The notes under the pieces are model-generated. The model was not told where the DNA came from. It searched no databases and saw only the letters and a list, made by a program, of their open reading frames with translations. A program made the position numbers and the translations under genes. A stretch of 64,000 nucleotides of DNA from Octopus sinensis. Lineage: Eukaryota. Positions 63,341-64,000 of this stretch are shown here, in pieces; the stretch's first letter is position 1, and each line of letters starts with the position of its first letter. Where the stretch lies: the NCBI RefSeq assembly GCF_006345805.1, contig NC_043015.1, positions 8,804,001-8,868,000 on the forward strand. The letters are read 5' to 3'.

Positions 63341-64000
63341 AGAAATTGTTCAATATCAGATGATAAGATTATATGTCACTGTCGATGAGACATTTTGTTT
63401 AATATTGTTTTTTCTCTTATTTTCGTATTCATAACATATACGTCTAGAAATTATCTGCTATTGCTTTTGCAAGAATTCCCAATAATGTGTTATCGTTTTC
63501 TTCCACTTCCACAATCTCATACATTGCTATGTTAAAGTACATTCATAATTCTTCGACGCAATATTATACGTACAGAAGATATGTGATATTATAGATACTT
63601 CGTTGAAGAATTGTGGCTGCGAAAACCGTGTGTATACTTTAATATGTAAATGCCATTCTAAACAGAAACGAACCATACTATTCCATTAATAATTATACTC
63701 TACTCAATCTACTTTAATGTATGTCTACATCTGCTGGGTGACAGCGAAGCTTTTACCATCAAGTGAAACTTGTTAATTAAATTTGTATAAGACAGACTAA
63801 TTTTTTAAGTAATGCATTCATCTTTCACTAATGCAATTGCTCATTAAATATAAGCAATTACATATATCTAACGATATATTAATAATGACATTTTTGTAAA
63901 GTTGGTGACCATAATTATTACTTAAAATTATGGATTAGCGACAACACAAACCAGTTATGCATCTGCGATTACTAATTTGATATGCAAGCCAAATTCCCGT

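Overview
AT-rich, microsatellite-dense animal genomic DNA. It is most likely an octopus (inferred from abundant tRNA-headed OK-type SINEs and the repeat landscape). I can support no intact host protein-coding gene; the window is almost entirely retroelements and their debris. It contains two head-to-tail Tx1/L1-clade LINEs embedded in (GATA)n (1-8.9 kb), R4/Dong-like RLE retrotransposons embedded in (AAT)n (23-25 kb, 47.7-54.2 kb), several decayed Penelope-like elements, one decayed Tc1 transposon, a decayed CR1-like RT and more than 15 SINE copies. The standout is a 5.4-kb, near-homogeneous tandem array of a ~550-bp unit (56580-61974) inserted in (TA)n. Every unit carries a complete type I hammerhead ribozyme (10 copies) with a palindromic, dimer-competent stem III and a long stem I, which is the architecture of a retrozyme or ribozyme satellite. 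The array also has a fold-back inversion whose two arms share private variants in mirror positions. Two further minimal Penelope-type hammerhead candidates lie at 9820 and 22767. All alignments, folds and translations were done by eye; element boundaries are approximate unless a junction sequence is quoted.
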